This document shows, piece after piece, positions 42,441-45,013 of a stretch of DNA of 45,013 nucleotides. The stretch lies in the NCBI GenBank assembly GCA_028872975.1, contig JAGWNV010000001.1, positions 1-45,013 on the forward strand. The letters are read 5' to 3'. Source of the DNA: Acidobacteriota bacterium (GTDB taxonomy: Bacteria; Actinomycetota; Acidimicrobiia; Acidimicrobiales; UBA8190). The notes under the pieces are model-generated. The model was not told the origin of the DNA. It saw nothing but the letters and a program-made list of their open reading frames with translations, and made no database searches. Each line of letters starts with the position of its first letter. Within the stretch, counting starts at the first letter, position 1. The position numbers were made by a program, and so were the translations under genes.

Positions 42441-43085
42441 ATGACCACGACCGCTGCGACGGACCCGGGCTCGCGGATCCAGCTCGCCGTCCACCGCGCC
42501 GTTCGCCGTGACACGGATCGGCTCGCCGCCGCCCTGGCCGGCGGGGACGAGATCCCCGTCGACGCCGTGCAGGCCTATTGGGCCGTCACCGCCGCCCAGC
42601 TCCATCACCACCATGAGCTCGAGGACACGGTGATCTGGGCCCTCCTGGGCGAGCGCCTCGGTGAGCGGGTCGCTCTCCTCCTCGCCCGAAACGCCGAGGA
42701 GCACCAGGTGATGGCCGCGGCCATGGACGAGTTCGACGCCGCCTTGGTGGAGATCGCCACGAGTCCGGCTGCGGCGCGCCAGGCCCTCGAGCGCATGCAG
42801 GGGGCGATCGAGACCCATCTCGCCCACGAGGAGGCAGACGTGCTGCCGCTCGGCGCCGAGGCCTTCACCATGGAGGACATCGCCTTCTTCCGTGCCGAGG
42901 ACGCCAAGACGAACTCACCCGACGCATTCCTGCCCTGGCTGCTCGACGCAGCACCGGAGGACGACCTCACGTTCTTCACCTCCGCCATGCCTGCCCCGGT
43001 GCGGGCCCGACTGGACTCGGACTGGATGCCACGGAGGCAGATGGCCGTCGAGGGCCTTCGCCGATCGGTCGCCGCCACGTCCTGA
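42441..43085 (+). CDS. Hemerythrin (HHE) domain protein
   Basis: AVHRAVRRDTDRL...LHHHHELEDTVIWALL...HLAHEEADVLPL. Confidence 0.75.
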   Translation: MTTTAATDPGSRIQLAVHRAVRRDTDRLAAALAGGDEIPVDAVQAYWAVTAAQLHHHHELEDTVIWALLGERLGERVALLLARNAEEHQVMAAAMDEFDAALVEIATSPAAARQALERMQGAIETHLAHEEADVLPLGAEAFTMEDIAFFRAEDAKTNSPDAFLPWLLDAAPEDDLTFFTSAMPAPVRARLDSDWMPRRQMAVEGLRRSVAATS

Positions 43086-43163
43086 TCGGCGACCAGCCAA
43101 CATCTCGAGCACGCTCGACACGCACGTCTCACCACCGCTCGCTCCCGACCAAGGAGTCTCATC

Positions 43164-43613
43164 GTGACCACCGCTACCGAATCGTCCTCCTCCCTCGGCG
43201 CCGTCCCGGCCGTGGCGGGCATCAGCCACATCGGGCTCACGGTCCGCGACATCGTCGCCAGCGAAGCCTGGTACGGCGAGGTGCTCGGGCTCGTCCGAGC
43301 CTTCGTCGAGCCACACCGGACCGGCGACGGCTACGCCGTCGTCATGACACGCCCTGGGACCGGGCTCTTCGTGGGCCTCGACCACCATCCCGGGGCCTCC
43401 CGGGAACGGTTCAGCCCCCTGCAGACCGGGTTGGACCACGTGGCGCTCCACGTCGCCGCCAGGGAGGATCTCGACGAGTGGATCAGCCACCTGGACGCCC
43501 TGGGGATCGAGCACGGAGGCGTCCACGAGACCGCCGAGCCGGCCCCGCACGCCCTCGTACTCCTCCGGGACCCGGACGGGATCCCGATCGAGCTCTTCTG
43601 GTTCGGGGGCTGA
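43164..43613 (+). CDS. VOC (glyoxalase / bleomycin-resistance / dioxygenase) family protein
   Basis: The GTG start is preceded by AAGGAG. Sequence reads ISHIGLTVRDIVASEAWYGEVLG...LDHVALHV...DPDGIPIELF. Confidence 0.8.
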   Translation: MTTATESSSSLGAVPAVAGISHIGLTVRDIVASEAWYGEVLGLVRAFVEPHRTGDGYAVVMTRPGTGLFVGLDHHPGASRERFSPLQTGLDHVALHVAAREDLDEWISHLDALGIEHGGVHETAEPAPHALVLLRDPDGIPIELFWFGG

Positions 43614-43614
43614 G

Positions 43615-44115
43615 GTGACCGGCGAATCCGACCTGCCGAGGAGACCGGGGACCCGGCCGCGGACCACCACGCGGATCCCGCACAGCCAACTCGATCAGCA
43701 GCCCGCCGACGCCGGGCACGTCGACGCCATCCTCGCCGAAGCACGCACCTGGCCCGGCGTGGTCGAGGGCCCATCACAGATCTCGGTGGAGGGCGCCCGC
43801 GCCCTCACCCTGGACGGGACCTCCCCAGGCGCGGCCGCCGAGTCCTTCATGGTCGGGCGCGAGTTCTGCCATGTCCACGCCCAGGGCGACTTCAGCCTGC
43901 ACGCCATGCTGCCGCTCCCGCTGGCCGAGGCCGCCGAGCGCGCCGGATGGGCCGAACCCCACTTCCTCGTCCGCACCGGCCAGGCGCCCCCGACGGTCGT
44001 CATGATCTACGCCCCGCGAGACGAAGGGGAGCAGGCCGTCGTCCAGCAGCTGGTCCGGGCGTCCTACGAGTTCGCGCTCGATCCGGACTCGGCGCTCCCG
44101 GTGCGAGAGTCCTGA
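43615..44115 (+). CDS. Luciferase-domain (DUF5519-like) family protein
   Basis: REFCHVHAQGDFSLHAMLPLPLAEAAERAGWAEPH matches my memory of this small family. GC3 is high. Confidence 0.5.
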   Translation: MTGESDLPRRPGTRPRTTTRIPHSQLDQQPADAGHVDAILAEARTWPGVVEGPSQISVEGARALTLDGTSPGAAAESFMVGREFCHVHAQGDFSLHAMLPLPLAEAAERAGWAEPHFLVRTGQAPPTVVMIYAPRDEGEQAVVQQLVRASYEFALDPDSALPVRES

Positions 44116-44314
44116 CGGTCGGTCCGGCGCCGAGGTCCCGGCGTCCTGGAGCGGTTCACGGATGGTGGTAGCCCCCTGGTCCTCGTACTGACGACCTTGT
44201 CCGTACCTCTTGGCACGTGCCCAAATGAGCTCGACGCGTGAGTCGTCTCACGCCTCAGGCTGGATCAGTGGGATGCGCTGGAGGGAACAATGGCTATCGA
44301 TCGGTACGGCCCCG

Positions 44315-44605
44315 ATGACGATCGTGTCCGTCTGCCCAGGTTGTCTCGCCGTCGCTCTTGGCGCCGGTACCGACTGTTCCTCGGCGGGCTCCTAGGCTTC
44401 GCAGGGGGCCTTGTCGCCGGCCATCTCGGCTGGTGCCGGGGCGGCCACGGCGCCGAGCCTGGTGCCGGGCAACTGGCTCTACAGCATCATCGGAGGGACG
44501 ACCTCGGTGCCTTCCCCGGTCGCCGTGGTCGGCCAACCCCTTGGCCACGACACGCTTCGCGCTGCAGAAGCCGTCGCCGGCCTGGGGGCGTCCCCGAGCG
44601 CCTGA
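44315..44605 (+). pseudogene. Possible degraded ORF interrupted by an in-frame TAG (44393-44395)
   Basis: MTIVSVCPGCLAVALGAGTDCSSAGS*ASQGALSPAISAGAGAATAPSLVPGNWLYSIIGGTTSVPSPVAVVGQPLGHDTLRAAEAVAGLGASPSA. Across 44411-44605 this frame has the best GC3 (about 85%). The overlapping 180-aa track ORF 44290..44832 has weaker codon bias. Confidence 0.2.
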
Positions 44606-45013
44606 GACCGATTGGCCTGCGACCCGGGCCGGACCGCTCGGAATTGAACGGCTGGGAGCCGGATGGGGGATACGGAGGCCCTCAGGGACGCTGCCAGTTC
44701 TGTGTCAGCGACGGGGTTGTTCCCAGCGGTGGCCAGCCCGACGACCGCGGAGATTGCACACGGATCGCGCACGGGAGGCCGGATTCCACCACTTTTGGTG
44801 ATGTCCGTCCCGCCACGGTAAGCGCACACTGACCGAAGGACGGGGCTCCAGGGGGTCCCTGCCCGGGGCTCGGCGCCAGCGGAATCGATGGGCGCCGAGG
44901 CCTCGACGACTAAAGGGGGACGGATCGGGGGCCGGTGACTCGGCCCCTGGTTCGTGCTTGGCTATCGGAACCGCACATGACCAACCGAGGGGTCGCCATG
45001 AGGGCGCGTCGTT

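Noticed and set aside
44315-44395. A lipoprotein signal peptide (MTIVSVCPGCLAVALGAGTDC)
   Set aside because: It has no positively charged n-region, the lipobox is imperfect, and the ORF ends at an in-frame TAG after 26 codons.

Overview
This is a high-GC (roughly 70% or more) actinobacterial chromosomal segment. Lineage markers are micro-genes for ribosomal proteins bS22 and bL37, an LAxTG sortase signal, and tatD-x-rsmA-ispE synteny. It is probably from an Acidimicrobiia-like or other Actinomycetota genome. I support about 50 tightly packed protein genes and one tRNA-Gln(UUG). I found no rRNA, CRISPR array, IS element, integrase or prophage genes. Housekeeping genes are ispE, rsmA, tatD, metG, msrA, rsmI, ychF, pepN, fabH and pxpA plus a fused pxpBC. 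They are interleaved with small accessory operons: a GT4 / methyltransferase / prenyltransferase-like cluster, a thiolase-KASIII-nucleotidyltransferase-CDF-acylphosphatase operon, a MarR-MFS-deacetylase operon, an arsI/cadI-aquaporin-arsC operon, a YtrA-type GntR-ABC operon, and TetR-hemerythrin-VOC genes. Many gene pairs are joined by ATGA or GTGA overlaps, so several true starts lie well inside the long ORFs of the supplied track. The many Arg/Pro/Gly-rich long ORFs in the track are out-of-frame or antisense shadows. The most unusual observations are as follows. (1) A pore-less MgtE-type cytosolic sensor protein sits next to an Nramp-fold transporter whose metal site reads DAGG and A-P-W instead of DPGN and M-P-H. 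(2) A 448-bp non-coding gap between convergent genes has a near-consensus promoter, a phased repeat array and end-to-end pairing, which suggests a regulated RNA of about 255 nt. (3) A long structured leader precedes an RlpA-like wall protein that occupies the position rpfB holds in mycobacteria. (4) Several small or non-canonical coding features are missing from the ORF track. All family calls come from motif recognition by eye; no database search was run. Start codons are best guesses, and coordinates of non-coding features may be off by 1-2 nt.
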